From the NCBI GenBank assembly GCA_011109175.1, contig RDEW01000003.1, positions 1,311,528-1,375,527 of the forward strand: 64,000 nucleotides of DNA, in the 5' to 3' direction. The notes beneath the pieces are model-generated. The model was not told where the DNA came from. It saw only the letters and a program-made list of their open reading frames with translations, and made no database searches. Both the position numbers and the translations under genes were made by a program. The stretch is from Dicyema japonicum (taxonomy: Eukaryota > Animalia > Dicyemida). Shown in pieces: positions 11,705 to 24,294 of the stretch (its first letter is position 1; every line of letters begins with the position of its first letter).

Positions 11705-12879
11705 ATGCCGAAGACTAAAAGAACACAGTTGTTGATTGAAAGCTTTATTTTAGGAAATTCATCCACGAATTACAAGAAGAGTTAGACAGAGAAGCTGAGA
11801 GTAAATTACAAAGAGAAGAGGCCAACGCTGAGCGTGCACCAAAACCTGAAACAAATCCAAAACAAGACAATAAGAAGAGCTTTTGGGGTCAGAGGGAGGA
11901 AAAGGGCGCTGATTTAAAAGAATGTGAAGATCTTATGAATCAATTTCTGATTGACCTTAAGCCCGAACAACGAAAATTTGAATATCAACACTATGATTTT
12001 ATTCCGATAAAGTATTTAAATTTTTGTTTTTTATTTTAAATTAAAAATTTTTTATTATTCAATAGTAAAAATTATGTCATTATTATTTATTTTTTGTCTT
12101 TACATTAACTAAATCGATTAAACTAAAAAATAGAATTTTAATTTTTTTATTATTTTTTTAATTTTTAATAAATTTTTAAATAAAGTTTTTAGTAGTGTTG
12201 ATGTTCCCGATTCCTCAAAAGCAGATGCCTCTCTTTTTGGAGGTTATTATTTTGCGTATAATTTGCTAGAGATGGTTCTCCCGTCCTGCTACTATAGTGG
12301 GAATATAAATTGATGTTCCCGATTCCTCAAAAGCAGATGCCTCTCTTTTTGGAGGTTATTATTTTGCGTATAATTTGCTAGAGATGGTTCTCCCGTCCTG
12401 CTACTATAGTGGGAATATAAAAGAGAAGGTTTTGTTTTTTTTTTAAATTTGTAGATTCCTCCTTTTCGGTTAGGCCGGTTCAGTGACTATGCATTGGTGA
12501 TGTTGTTCTATCTGAACACACAAAACGAATTGCACGTGAAAATCACCATTGAGCTGTTGGTATTGGTGGTTACTCTTCAGTTACCGTCGTAATTGGAGGT
12601 ACCATAAACTACAGCAAATTTGGATCACTGGAGTGACCCCGGAAACCCAGAATATGATCCAAAATTAAGTCAAGGGATCAACTTAGTGCTGTGTTTGCGT
12701 ATATTGACCCCACTGATATGAAAAGGGTAGAGTTTCCGTCTTCTGACTTTTCGTAGTATATGAAGGAGATCTTTATTGGTCCAGATACTCTGTCTTGGGT
12801 TGAATACGCGGAATTGCTTAAAGATAAGGGACCGTCGGATCTGGCGGATGCGACTGCTGCTTTGCTTAGAAGTCTTTGA
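11705..12879 (+). CDS. CNOT2: CCR4-NOT subunit NOT2-like (NOT2/3/5 box), with a 112-nt tandem duplication and one frame break as assembled
   Basis: Spliced FRLGRFSDYALVMLFYLNTQNELHVKITIELYRRNWRYHKLQQIWIT...AVFAYIDPTDMKR matches the CNOT2 NOT box (KLGRYGEDLLFYLYY...ELFNRDWRYHKEERVWIT...YYFFD). Confidence 0.75.
12198..12421 (+). repeat. Exact 112-nt tandem duplication inside CNOT2 (likely assembly artefact)
   Basis: 12198-12309 is identical to 12310-12421. Confidence 0.85.
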
Positions 12880-13999
12880 TTTTTTGGTTTTTTCTGTTTT
12901 TTCTGTTTTCAATGTATATTTGTTGATTTATTATTTTTTATCAGTCCTACTAGGTCACTTTCTGCGTACTTCAATTGTTATCGAATTGATGTCTTTCGTG
13001 GAGATCGACGACTACTATACTCATAGTTCTGAATAATGACCTCTCACAACTGAGCCTAACGACGTAGTGATGAATTACTGGTGGTGGCGTCAATCCAAGA
13101 AGCTGATGTCGGGCTTCCGGAGACCGTTTGCAAGAACGTTCTTCACATGTTGAGAAAAGAGACCAGGGGTCCAAGCTCACTCTCAGTATGGAAACTGAAT
13201 AGACACCTCCAAGATACAATACCGGAACCCTCTGGATTGTTCAGGCACTTAGGAAACTCCACAATCCCGCCACTGCTGATTTTGAGTAATTTTTAAATGT
13301 TAATGGATATATGCACAAGAAGACTTGAATGCTGTGCGTCCAGGGTCACGTTCAAGGGTTCTCTCTAGCCCAGTTGTTTGCATATATGCGTGGATATTCT
13401 TATCCACTTCCAACTGCCTCATGAACTCCCTGCTGAAATTTGTAGTGGTACACCACATAAGGTAACATGTTGATTATCTTCACGATCGACTTATTCCCAA
13501 TTTAGAACCAGGCGGTATTTAAACACTCAAATTGGAAGATCCGTCTCATATTGAGGAAATGAAGGAACCTACGTCATCCATCAATACTGAACACTAAAGA
13601 ATCATAATAACAACTATCCGATAGTGAAGGATCTGAGAGATCTCCAAGTTCTTTCAATTTGGTTAACAGAATTTGAATCTGAATTTTTCGTGCATCCGAA
13701 AATTACTTTCTTGAGGAATTTGGGCTTATATGTTTCCAGAATCCACCATTTCGCCCAAAGCACACAAGGAAGCTGTCAATAGCTTTTATCCATCCATTTC
13801 TTCCTCGAATCCCAGTAGCTTCTCCAATTAATCTCGCTATCAGGAGAGGCAATGATCCATCAATTATGTTGATAGAGATAATAATTTCTGTCTCAACGTT
13901 ACTAGCACGGTACGTGAACTGGTTCAAGAGTCTTTCGTTTATCTTCCATTTGAGTTTAAAACAGACAAGTATCGGTGTGGTAGCACGGTAGAATGTTAT

Positions 14000-14330
14000 G
14001 GAGATCAGACCCTTTCTTGACGAAGCGCAAAACGACTCCCAAGACATAAAGCAATTAACAAAATTTTAAAGCGAGCCGTATAGTCTGCGGGATACTCCTC
14101 CATAATGGAACCCAGTGACTTAAACGGGGGAGACGAAAAGCAACAGGACGGAATTACAATCTTTCCGCTTAAGGAGAGGAAACCGTTAGTCTGGGATACA
14201 ACATGTGTCAACTCTGTCATCAACCAATACAAAGGTACTTTCTGCTGCAGAGAACGCAGAGAGTGCTAAAGAAAATGAGTATAGATGACCCCCCGACATA
14301 TATACCTTCTACGAGATTGCTGTAAAGATA
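14000..14330 (+). mobile_element. CRE-like (restriction-like endonuclease) non-LTR retrotransposon 3' relic
   Basis: RHKAINKILKRAV*SAGYSSIMEPSDLNGGDEKQQDGITIFPLKERKPLVWDTTCVNS matches the RH..N...EP.GL...DGKRPDG.T..PW..GK.LVWD.TC RLE signature. Confidence 0.75.
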
Positions 14331-14902
14331 ACCAGAGCAATAAGCATACTGATGGTAATTTGAACCATTTGGTATTAATTTCAATATTCAATTTCTTTAT
14401 TTGTAATTTAATTTCGTCCAAATAAAAATCGCCTGGAAAAGTTCATCTATGAAATGCGGCTAAAGTAGTTCCACACGTACACGTGATTAGGAAACTTGCA
14501 AAATAACTCGCAAAACAACTGAAAATAAAATCAACATAATTATGAAAATATATTTTTAGCCAGAAAAGAATTCTTTATATTTGAACAACCACCTGAAGGA
14601 GTAGTTGGCTAACCACAGCAACACATTACTCTCTGAATTTTCAGAGTACATGGATTTGTCAGTTACCCTTCATAGAGGGTCCACAAAAGCCTCTAGAAGT
14701 AACCGATTGTAACCTAACTGTAGCGTTAGTATTACTTACAATTATAGTAGCAGTCGGAGGAAAGTGAAGGCCTTCGAGAACTCCTCAGCCATCGCATAAT
14801 CCAATAAGTCATTAAATCCTATAAATATAATTAAGTTTCAATTTAAAATTAAAGTCCACAAAGGAAAATTCACACGTGGAAAAAATCAAATTCTGATTTT
14901 TC

Positions 14903-16024
14903 TATGTACCCCACCCCAATAGAGAAGTGCCCCAAATATAGAGGGTATATATAATTCTTACATTTTTAAACTATTATTTGTATTTTTAATAACAAAATAT
15001 GTTGTTTCGATTAAAAAAAGAATTTAATTTATTTTGTGTGAAATAATCAGTAATTTTGAATCCAGTGTAATTCTTATTTCTTAGAATTTTTGAAATTTTT
15101 AGGAATTCGTATTATTCTTTGAGCCCGCATCTTGGCGATTTAAATTCCCCGATAACAAGGGGCTTTAATTTCTCACTTTCAAGACTGCAGCATGAAAGAA
15201 CTGAAACTCGTTCTTTGCTTTTCGTTTTACCAAAACAATCATCATTTGAAGAGACAAATAATTATGAATTTTTTTTAACAAAAAGAGAGGTTTCGTCGCT
15301 GTTAAAAATATCTTTTTTCTCGTATTTATCAAATAAATTGTCGTAATCGTTGAAAAAATCTTCGATTTTATTTTTGTCACATGAGTTCTTTTCACCCAAA
15401 ATTACTTTGAACAATAATTCATGGCGCTTTTTAAATCGATCCAACCATCCATTTGATGCTTTGAAATCATTCAAGATTAGCTGCAATTTTTTTTGCAATA
15501 GTTTTGAGAAGAAATCCTGAAACTGAAATACCATCTCTCTCAAATTTTTAAAGACTTCGAATCCTAAGCCATCAATTCGAATAGAAAGATCTGATTCGAA
15601 CTTCTTAGATGAGAGTTCATCAGAGCATATTTGTGTTATTGATACCCCTTTTCCGATTTTTTTTAATTCGTGACACAGTTCCTTTTCCAATATTGTATAA
15701 TTGACAAATTTTTCTTTCTGCCATATTTTCTTTCATTAAAGAATCGATTTCAGGTGGCGACTAAGGTTCGCAGGCATGCTTAAAATATTTTAAAATTAAT
15801 TAAATAAATATAAAAATGAATTAATAAATTTTAATATTATTGATTGAAAAAGTGCCCCAATAAGCGGGGTTTTGTATTTTAAATTTAGGCTTCATATTGG
15901 TCAAAAAATTAATATTTATTAAAAAATCGTTATTATTATTCAAAATAATATTTATTGAAAAAATCGCCCCCAAAACAGAGGGTGCCCCAAGGCCGGGGTT
16001 TTATTGGGGCGGAGTCGTACTGTA
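14903..16024 (-). mobile_element. Tigger/pogo-type DNA transposon relic
   Basis: ORF 15262-15690 has FKASNGWLDRFKKRH (CENP-B-type HTH) and DIFNSDETSLF. The right end reads TA-CAGTACGACTCC on the - strand, with repeated GTGCCCCAA subterminal motifs. Confidence 0.85.
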
Positions 16025-16163
16025 AATGTTAAAATATTGATTTGATCTTTATGCAGAACAGACTACTTCTGTAAAGCGTACATAGATTATCCCAGAAATT
16101 TAATATTCATGAAATTTTATACAAATCATATCAACTTACAGTAATCAATACGCAAGTTACTAA

Positions 16164-16171
16164 TATATAAA
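16164..16171 (+). promoter_or_regulatory. TATA box (TATATAAA)
   Basis: 29 nt upstream of ATG 16193. Confidence 0.55.
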
Positions 16172-16192
16172 GAAATTATCCGTAATATTTTA

Positions 16193-16386
16193 ATGATGCA
16201 TTTTTTGATTTTCCTTACCATTTTGTCGTGCTTAGAATGCCAAGTAGCAAGACAATTTCTAGGGGATTCGGTGACAGAAGAAAAGTACAACGAATATTTG
16301 CTAAGACAAGAATTGTGGCTATTTTTGAACAGACTTGATTCATAGTAATATTTATTTTTGAATTTAGCCTCAGGGGTTTCTACTAA
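16193..16386 (+). CDS. 56-aa putative secreted peptide, copy B (one 23-nt intron, 16345-16367)
   Basis: MMHFLIFLTILSCLECQVARQFLGDSVTEEKYNEYLLRQELWLFLNRLDSY|LRGFY*; same length and structure as copy A. Confidence 0.7.
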
Positions 16387-16759
16387 CATCAGAGAGGTCG
16401 CTAATGAAGTACTACTAACGGATTAACACTGAGAACTAATCTTTGCTGATATTAATAAAAACTTAATTTTTCTTACAAAGTGAAAGTGCCCAGTCAAACC
16501 TCAAAGCATCAACACAAGACCAATTATGTATGTGAAAGGCTAACCCCCGCAAAGAAAATACGTGGACAACTAATTGAAATATTTTTAAATTTAAAATTTT
16601 TTGAGTCAAACGTTTTATGAATAATCACGGAACGGAGGACAGTTTTCATTTGTCTGTGTTTATTCTAGAATCCAGTGCAGTGAAATCTATCAGCATGATT
16701 AGATGAGTGGGAGATGAGCGTAAGTGGGAGATGAGCGAAATCACATGTAGGAAAACGTC

Positions 16760-17380
16760 ACTAATTTTTGAAAGGACTAGTTTTCCTAATAGTTTTTTTC
16801 ATCGAACATAGGATCGAGACAGGCTTCAATGAAAGTGGATTGCTCTCCTGTCCCCCAAGTGTCAGAATTGTTTGCATATAAAAATGTTTCCATATAGACG
16901 GAAGTATGTTTTTGTTAAAATATATGTTGAATAGCGGGGTTAGGACACCAGTACTCAAAACTCGCAGATTTTTTAGTAAGAAGATCGAAATCCCGTTAGG
17001 CTGTTTTTTATTTCGGTTTTTTTAACGAATGCAAGGACGGATGACGTTTTACGGTTTTTGTGGAGATTTTAACATAGAATTTAACAGACTATTGTAAATC
17101 CTGCAATTTGTAATCTTTGTCATACATGTTTCTGCCAGCTTTAACGCGTTTGGATTTCCACGCTGATAATTTCTACGGCCTCATTTATCGTACGTATTTG
17201 TGAGGGGAATTCTTTGGCCATTTCTATGTCGACGAGTTACTGAAGCCAAGTCAAACAACCTTCCTATAGTTTTTGAATCTTTCATTTCAACTTGCTATGT
17301 CAGGCGTCTTGAAAATCTTCTTAATATAAAAAGGATGGGACTTTGGTCGCTGGAAAAACCATAATTTACATTCCATGAAG
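16760..17380 (-). mobile_element. LINE reverse transcriptase N-terminal relic (I/Jockey-like)
   Basis: LTPLFN...ILPSIWK...SLKPVSILCSMKK resembles RT domain 0-2 motifs (P..WK...YRPISLL). Confidence 0.65.
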
Positions 17381-18626
17381 CAAGTCCCCTAAATAGCTTT
17401 AATTTTTCAGCATTAATTTTTTTTGCTCACCGTAAATTAAAAAAATTTAAATATTTTTTTACCAATATCTTTATATTAAAATAACCGCTAAATAGCTTTA
17501 ATTTTTCAGCATTAATTTTTTTTGCTCACCGTAAATTAAAAAAATTTAAATATTTTTTTACCAATATCTTTATATTAAAATAAAAAAATATTACTAACAA
17601 ATATTAATTTAAACACCAAACAAAAATTTCTCATTTTGATTGGTACCATTCCGATTTGAATGACACTGTCTCATTAAGAATAACACTATTCTCATATTGA
17701 ATGACACTGTCCCATTTTGAATGATACTATTCTCATTTTGATTGTCATTATTTTCATATTGAATGAGAAATGGTTTAGATGTGATGGATTTGTTTTCACT
17801 CACAAATATGAAAATATTAATTAGGAAAAATGTTTTTAGTTAAACGGTGGATTGCTTTAATATGAAAGTGAATTTCTGAATATATTTCAAAAGTTCCCGT
17901 ATTTCCCCAAAAATTTAAACACATTTTTTTTCTTTTAAGTATATACTACCTCCGAAAAAATAGTTTGATCTGTCTGATAGTTTGAACGATCAAAGTAACT
18001 TTCGAAATAATTTGGATTATTTTAATATGGATCATCGNCGGTGGATTGCTTTAATGTGAAAGTGAATTTCTGAAAATATCCCAAAAGTTCCCGTATTTCC
18101 CCAAGAATTTAAACACATTTTTTTAAAGTATATACTACCTCCGAAAAAATAGATTGATCTGTCTGATAGTTTGAGAGATCCAAGTAACCTTCGAAATAAA
18201 TTGGATTATTTTAATATGGATCATCGACGATGTTAAGCAAATTGCTCAAGATTTTGAGGGTCCTAGGGCTGACTAGAAATTACTCAAGTTTATTTACATT
18301 ATTTAAAAGACTATGTAGCTTATTTAACACCTCAGAGTACATGGATACGTCAGTTAACCTCCGGAATGAGTCCACAGTTCCTCAAGAAATAACCGATTGT
18401 AACCGGACTGTACTCTTAGTATTACTTACAATTATAATGAATTTCAGTTGTATTATTTCTCACTTTTGAAAAAAGTTTTTGACCACGTGCTTTTTAGTTT
18501 TATGTGGGACATTTTTATTTTGATTTAAAGTACTCAAAAGGATAGAAACAAGCAATTTAATATTGCCACTGTAAGAAGAGTGTTTATTTGTCAGTATAAA
18601 GAAATTAAGGTTTTTTTTACACACGT

Positions 18627-19603
18627 NNNNNNNNNNNNNNNNNNNNNNNNNNNNNNNNNNNNNNNNNNNNNNNNNNNNNNNNNNNNNNNNNNNNNNNNNN
18701 NNNNNNNNNNNNNNNNNNNNNNNNNNNNNNNNNNNNNNNNNNNNNNNNNNNNNNNNNNNNNNNNNNNNNNNNNNNNNNNNNNNNNNNNNNNNNNNNNNNN
18801 NNNNNNNNNNNNNNNNNNNNNNNNNNNNNNNNNNNNNNNNNNNNNNNNNNNNNNNNNNNNNNNNNNNNNNNNNNNNNNNNNNNNNNNNNNNNNNNNNNNN
18901 NNNNNNNNNNNNNNNNNNNNNNNNNNNNNNNNNNNNNNNNNNNNNNNNNNNNNNNNNNNNNNNNNNNNNNNNNNNNNNNNNNNNNNNNNNNNNNNNNNNN
19001 NNNNNNNNNNNNNNNNNNNNNNNNNNNNNNNNNNNNNNNNNNNNNNNNNNNNNNNNNNNNNNNNNNNNNNNNNNNNNNNNNNNNNNNNNNNNNNNNNNNN
19101 NNNNNNNNNNNNNNNNNNNNNNNNNNNNNNNNNNNNNNNNNNNNNNNNNNNNNNNNNNNNNNNNNNNNNNNNNNNNNNNNNNNNNNNNNNNNNNNNNNNN
19201 NNNNNNNNNNNNNNNNNNNNNNNNNNNNNNNNNNNNNNNNNNNNNNNNNNNNNNNNNNNNNNNNNNNNNNNNNNNNNNNNNNNNNNNNNNNNNNNNNNNN
19301 NNNNNNNNNNNNNNNNNNNNNNNNNNNNNNNNNNNNNNNNNNNNNNNNNNNNNNNNNNNNNNNNNNNNNNNNNNNNNNNNNNNNNNNNNNNNNNNNNNNN
19401 NNNNNNNNNNNNNNNNNNNNNNNNNNNNNNNNNNNNNNNNNNNNNNNNNNNNNNNNNNNNNNNNNNNNNNNNNNNNNNNNNNNNNNNNNNNNNNNNNNNN
19501 NNNNNNNNNNNNNNNNNNNNNNNNNNNNNNNNNNNNNNNNNNNNNNNNNNNNNNNNNNNNNNNNNNNNNNNNNNNNNNNNNNNNNNNNNNNNNNNNNNNN
19601 NNN
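18627..19603. other. Assembly gap (N run)
   Basis: Run of N. Confidence 1.
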
Positions 19604-21927
19604 AATACAAACTTTTTACAAATTTCATATTCTGATATGGCCAAAGATGTGAGAACAGGCACTTTCGTAGTGCATGGTAACAATTTTCGTAGTCCTCTTC
19701 TTCACAGAACTCCCGAGCACGGTTGAAGAGCAATTCACATATCTAAAATGAGACAACAAGACAACATCCAGAGTCAGTTGTTCTCCTGTGTCACTAAGAG
19801 CTACAATAAATGAATTTTCTAACCAAATCTGACTGACTGGATAGCCTTGTCAGAAAATCCGAGTCTCTGTTGCACGGCAGAGAGCTCCATGCTGATTTCA
19901 GTGGAGTACTGGACCAACTCGAGAGCGTTTTCGAACGCATAAACAGCCTTTTGTAATTTGTTCAACGCAGCTGAACACGATCCCAATCTGTGCCAGAGTT
20001 CACCCTAAGCAGATTATTACAAGAAATCACCGTGTTTGAGTTCTGTGTGAGAAGATCAAGCACAGTTTCAGCAAGGGCGTAATTTTCACACAAAAATAGA
20101 GCTTCAGCGACCACGTGGTAATGATAGGCATGTATATTAATGTCATAGTTTAATATTTCCTCCACGAAGATCTAAAATATATTAAAAGACTGACTGGGGA
20201 ANCTTGTCAGAAAATCCGAGTCTCTGTTGCACGGCAGAGAGCTCCATGCTGATTTCAGTGGAGTACTGGACCAACTCGAGAGCGTTTTCGAACGCATAAA
20301 CAGCCTTTTGTAATTTGTTCAACGCAGCTGAACACGATCCCAATCTGTGCCAGAGTTCACCCTAAGCAGATTATCACAAGAAATCACCGTGTTTGAGTTC
20401 TGTGTGAGAAGATCAAGCACAGTTTCAGCAAGGGTGTAATTTTCACACAAAAATAGAGCTTCAGCGACCACGTGGTAATGATAGGCATGTATATTAATGT
20501 CATAGTTTAATATTTCCTCCACGAAGATCTAAAATATATTAAAAGACTGACTGGGGAAAGCGAAGAACAGTTGATTCCACACAAGGAAATCACCAACTTT
20601 GAGCAGAGGTCGATCGAAATTTGAACAGTCGGATAAATACTAAAATAATCATTAAAATTTTTTATTAAAAATAAATTGAATTTTGAAATATTAAATAAAT
20701 ATTATAATAACAACAAACAACTATAGTGGGCAATTTTTTTTAATTTGGCACATTAGAGAAGCATATGAGAGATAAAGAAAAGAAAACAGTACCTTGTCAC
20801 ACTTTCATTCATCCACTCAACATGAACCTCAAAATATTGACTGGCTATCTAACTATGAATATCCGATCACCTCAATCACGTGTTTGAATTTTTTAACATT
20901 AATCAACAGGTCTAGTAAGTTAGTCATGTCCCCCTCTGCCATCAAATCAGGGCGAAACTTCAAAACCATCATTAGCACGTCGGCAGCCTTATCGACAATA
21001 TCATTCTCATAAAAATACTGAAATTACCATTTCACTTACATTGGTCAGCTCGTGGAACAATTCCGTGTATTTCTCATCGTCCTTCTCAAAACAATGCAAA
21101 AGTGAACGATAGCAGTCGATAAGCCGCCTTTTGTTGGCTGTTTCTTTCAATAACTCGTATCTGATAAGCTGTAGTTCAGGGTTGTTTGGGCAAATTCGTA
21201 AGACTAACATTTTTGATAGAAACTTACTGTTGTTATAGCAACGAGTCAGCTTAGGGATGTCGCTGACTGCTAGTTCAGCGCACCGAGTCCAAATATTAAT
21301 GTCATTTTTCGTTATTATCGCGGCCAAAAAGTACCACTAAAATTAATTAATTTTAAAATTATGTTTAATTCAAAAATAAATAAAATATTTAAATATGTTA
21401 CCCACGTGGGTAATTTGTGCGTTATACAAATTCATACTTTTAAAGCATTTTCTGAGTCCCCGGCCATATCGCTGATCTCTCCCAGGATTTTGTAAGCTAC
21501 TCCCGATGCACATGGTTCTAAACGAGTAACAATGTGGTCCTACCTAGCCTGATTGCCTGCATGGCGAACTTTGTGGCTTCATTGTAATTCTCAATCTGGT
21601 AGGAAGTAACGGCCATTTCTATCAATCCTTTAGCGAATGACTCAGATCCTTTTTTGAGCTTTATAGAGGTTATATGTAAGCTGAACCTTACGTCTCTTTC
21701 GTTTGATTCCTAAAAATAAATAAAATAATTTCACTTTTGCGTTCGTCCATGGTAGGCTCTTCCACCTCCTGTAAATCAGAGAAATCATCAAATAACAATG
21801 CATCCTCTTTAAAATTTGTTTAAATGGTTAAACCTTGCATTAAGATGTTGAACACATCATCTGGGTGCATATTCTCTAACGTGCAGTCCATATTATCATG
21901 GTTCACTATATTGTCAACGTCGTTCAT
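19604..21927 (-). CDS. GTF3C3: General transcription factor IIIC subunit 3 (TPR protein, Tfc4); 3' part lost in the gap; about 357 nt duplicated at N 20202
   Basis: Spliced GLIEMAVTSYQIENYNEATKFAMQAIRL, AYKILGEISDMAGDSENALK, WYFLAAIITKNDINIWTRCAELA and DCYRSLL follow the TPR order of GTF3C3 (LMGEANIRFARGEREEA...GDMEKSLQFELIAAHL...WVRLAEM...DGYRRIL). Confidence 0.75.
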
Positions 21928-22976
21928 AATTTATTGAAAGTTCTATTTAATTTTTAAATATTTTTTAATAATATTAAAATTTATTTTAAATATATATTTT
22001 GATATTAACAAATGTTAACTTAATGGTATCTTTAAAGATTCCATAATATTTTAAATCAAATCTACTTAATTTTAAGTAAAATTAATAAAGGACTTTAATC
22101 TTGGTGTTACACATGCAGACGTTTTCCACACACAACCTTTCCATTAGTCAAGCCAAACCTGTTCAGCCGACATAAAAACCAAAGGTGTCAAGGATTTAAG
22201 TATTCAGACCTCTCCCATATTGCATCAGTTCCTTAAAAGATTTGGAGCTTCTTAGGCATTTTATAAGTTCAAATTCAACATTTTAAGTTCAAGTGACTTT
22301 TTCCGAAAGATGCTGGTGATTTAGTATATTCTTCTTATAGTTAAAAAAGAGGTTAATCGTCGGCTTACAGGACTGGGGAATGGTAAGCCTAGAATCTACG
22401 TCCTTACGTATTCTGATAAAATGAAGNATTATTATGGTTCACTTTACTGTCCACGTCGTTCATAATTTATTGAAAGTTCTATTTAATTTTTAAATATTTT
22501 TTAATAATATTAAAATTTAATTTTAATATATTTTTTGATATTAACAAATGTTAACTTAATGGTATCTTTAAAGATTCCACAATATTGTAAATCAAATCTA
22601 CTTCCATTTTAAGTAAAATTAATAAAGGAATGTCCTTTCTAACTTTCATCTTGGTGTTGCATATGCAGACGTTTTCCACACACAACATTTCCATTAGTCG
22701 TCCAAACCTGTTCAGCCGACATGAAAACCTAAGTTCTCAGTGATTTAAGTATTCAGACATCTCCCATATTGCATCTGTTCCTTGGAAAATTGGAGCTTCT
22801 TTGGCATTTTATAAGTTCAAATTCAACATTTTAAGTTCAAGTGACTTTTTCCGAAAGCTGCTGGTGACTTGGTATATTCTTCTTATAGTTAAAGAAGAGG
22901 TTAATCGTCGGCTTACAAGACTGGGGAATGGTAAGCCTAGAATCTACGTCCTTACGTTTTCTGATAAAATGAAGTT
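21895..22976. repeat. Two diverged copies of about 540 nt around single N 22427 (probably uncollapsed haplotypes)
   Basis: 21895-22426 vs 22428-22976: colinear, with many substitutions and an indel. Confidence 0.8.
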
Positions 22977-24294
22977 ATTTTCGATTTCAAAACAATAATA
23001 TGGAAGCTACGTTCAGTAAAATCTTGAAACTACTGTGATTTAAGGTAATATTCTGAGGTCCCGAATAAGATACCATGAGATATTAAAATAATACTCAATA
23101 GTTCTGCCTATTGTATCACCAGACTTTATCATTGTAGTGTAACAAGTACCGATATAACGTTGTATAGAAACTTGAATCTTATAATAATAATAACTCCTAA
23201 AGAATTCGATGCCTCTTGGTATTCCTATTCTGTGACACGTTTAGTTTCAGTCATCATTCATCCTCTTACATGTATGCAGGGAGTGGTTTTCTCTCAGGAG
23301 TGGAGGAGTGGTCATTTATGCAGGAAGTGGTCATTTTATGTCCTGGATTATAAATTCTCCGTCACACCAGTTCGCATTATTGAATCCGTACTGACAGATA
23401 TTTATATAAAAGCTTAATGAAACTAAATAGACTACTTTCACCACGTGCTGTATTACTTTTTTAACCACGTGTTTATATGCAACAAATTTTGCCGCTTTTT
23501 TGAAGAGCTTTTTGATGATGCGACCGATTCTACATAGTTAGCAATGGAATCCCGTCATCACAGAGAGTGACCCTTCTGCCTGATGACGACCAACTAAAAG
23601 ATTGTCACGAGATACAATATTTTTGTTTTTTGAACCAGTCTGTTGACAAACTAAGTAGCTTTTTGATGATGCGACCGATTCTACATAGTTAGCAATGGAA
23701 TCCCGTCATCACAGAGAGTGACCCTTCTGCCTGATGACGACCAACTAAAAGATTGTCAAGAGATACAATATTTTTGTTTTTTGAACCAGTCTGTTGACAA
23801 ACCAATACCTAAGAAGACTATGGCACTCCCAGATATTAATCAAGGTGACCTACGCCACAGTAGATATATCTGACTAATATCTATGAATGTCCGCTTTGTT
23901 GTTACTTTTTTGTTAGCCACAGGTTTCCTTCACTTGTAGGGGGTTATCAACAATTTTGAACCGGACAAGGTTTGAACCCTGATCCTCGGTCATCGACACT
24001 TCCTTTGTTCGGAACTTCGGGCTTCCAGCAAAAAATACAATTCATACTCGTAGACGTTAAAAATTATTAGATACCAGTTCAGAATTCAACATTTTTTTAA
24101 TTCCTCGCTTTTTTGAATCTATACATTGTCGCATATAAATTCTATCAGTGATTATCCATTTTTTCATTCACCTCGATCAAATTTGTTTCATTAAAAATTT
24201 TTGACCAATTCGATATTTTATTATGAAAAAATTATTAAACATTTTGACAAATTATTAAAAAGAATATTAAAAATTATTTCGTAATTAAAAAAAT

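Noticed and set aside
3750-16560. Inverted homologous blocks as giant TIRs of a 12-kb composite transposon
   Set aside because: The blocks are explained as paralogous peptide genes; no TSD or terminal motif was seen.
23575-23615. Hammerhead ribozymes at CTGATGA sites (23580, 62944 and others)
   Set aside because: No GAAA core at the required position after stem II.
17386-23805. Direct repeats at about 17388-17583, 17845-18227, 19845-20558 and 23507-23805 as biological tandem duplications
   Set aside because: Near-identical, and several are centred on a single N: typical unmerged contig overlaps or haplotypes.
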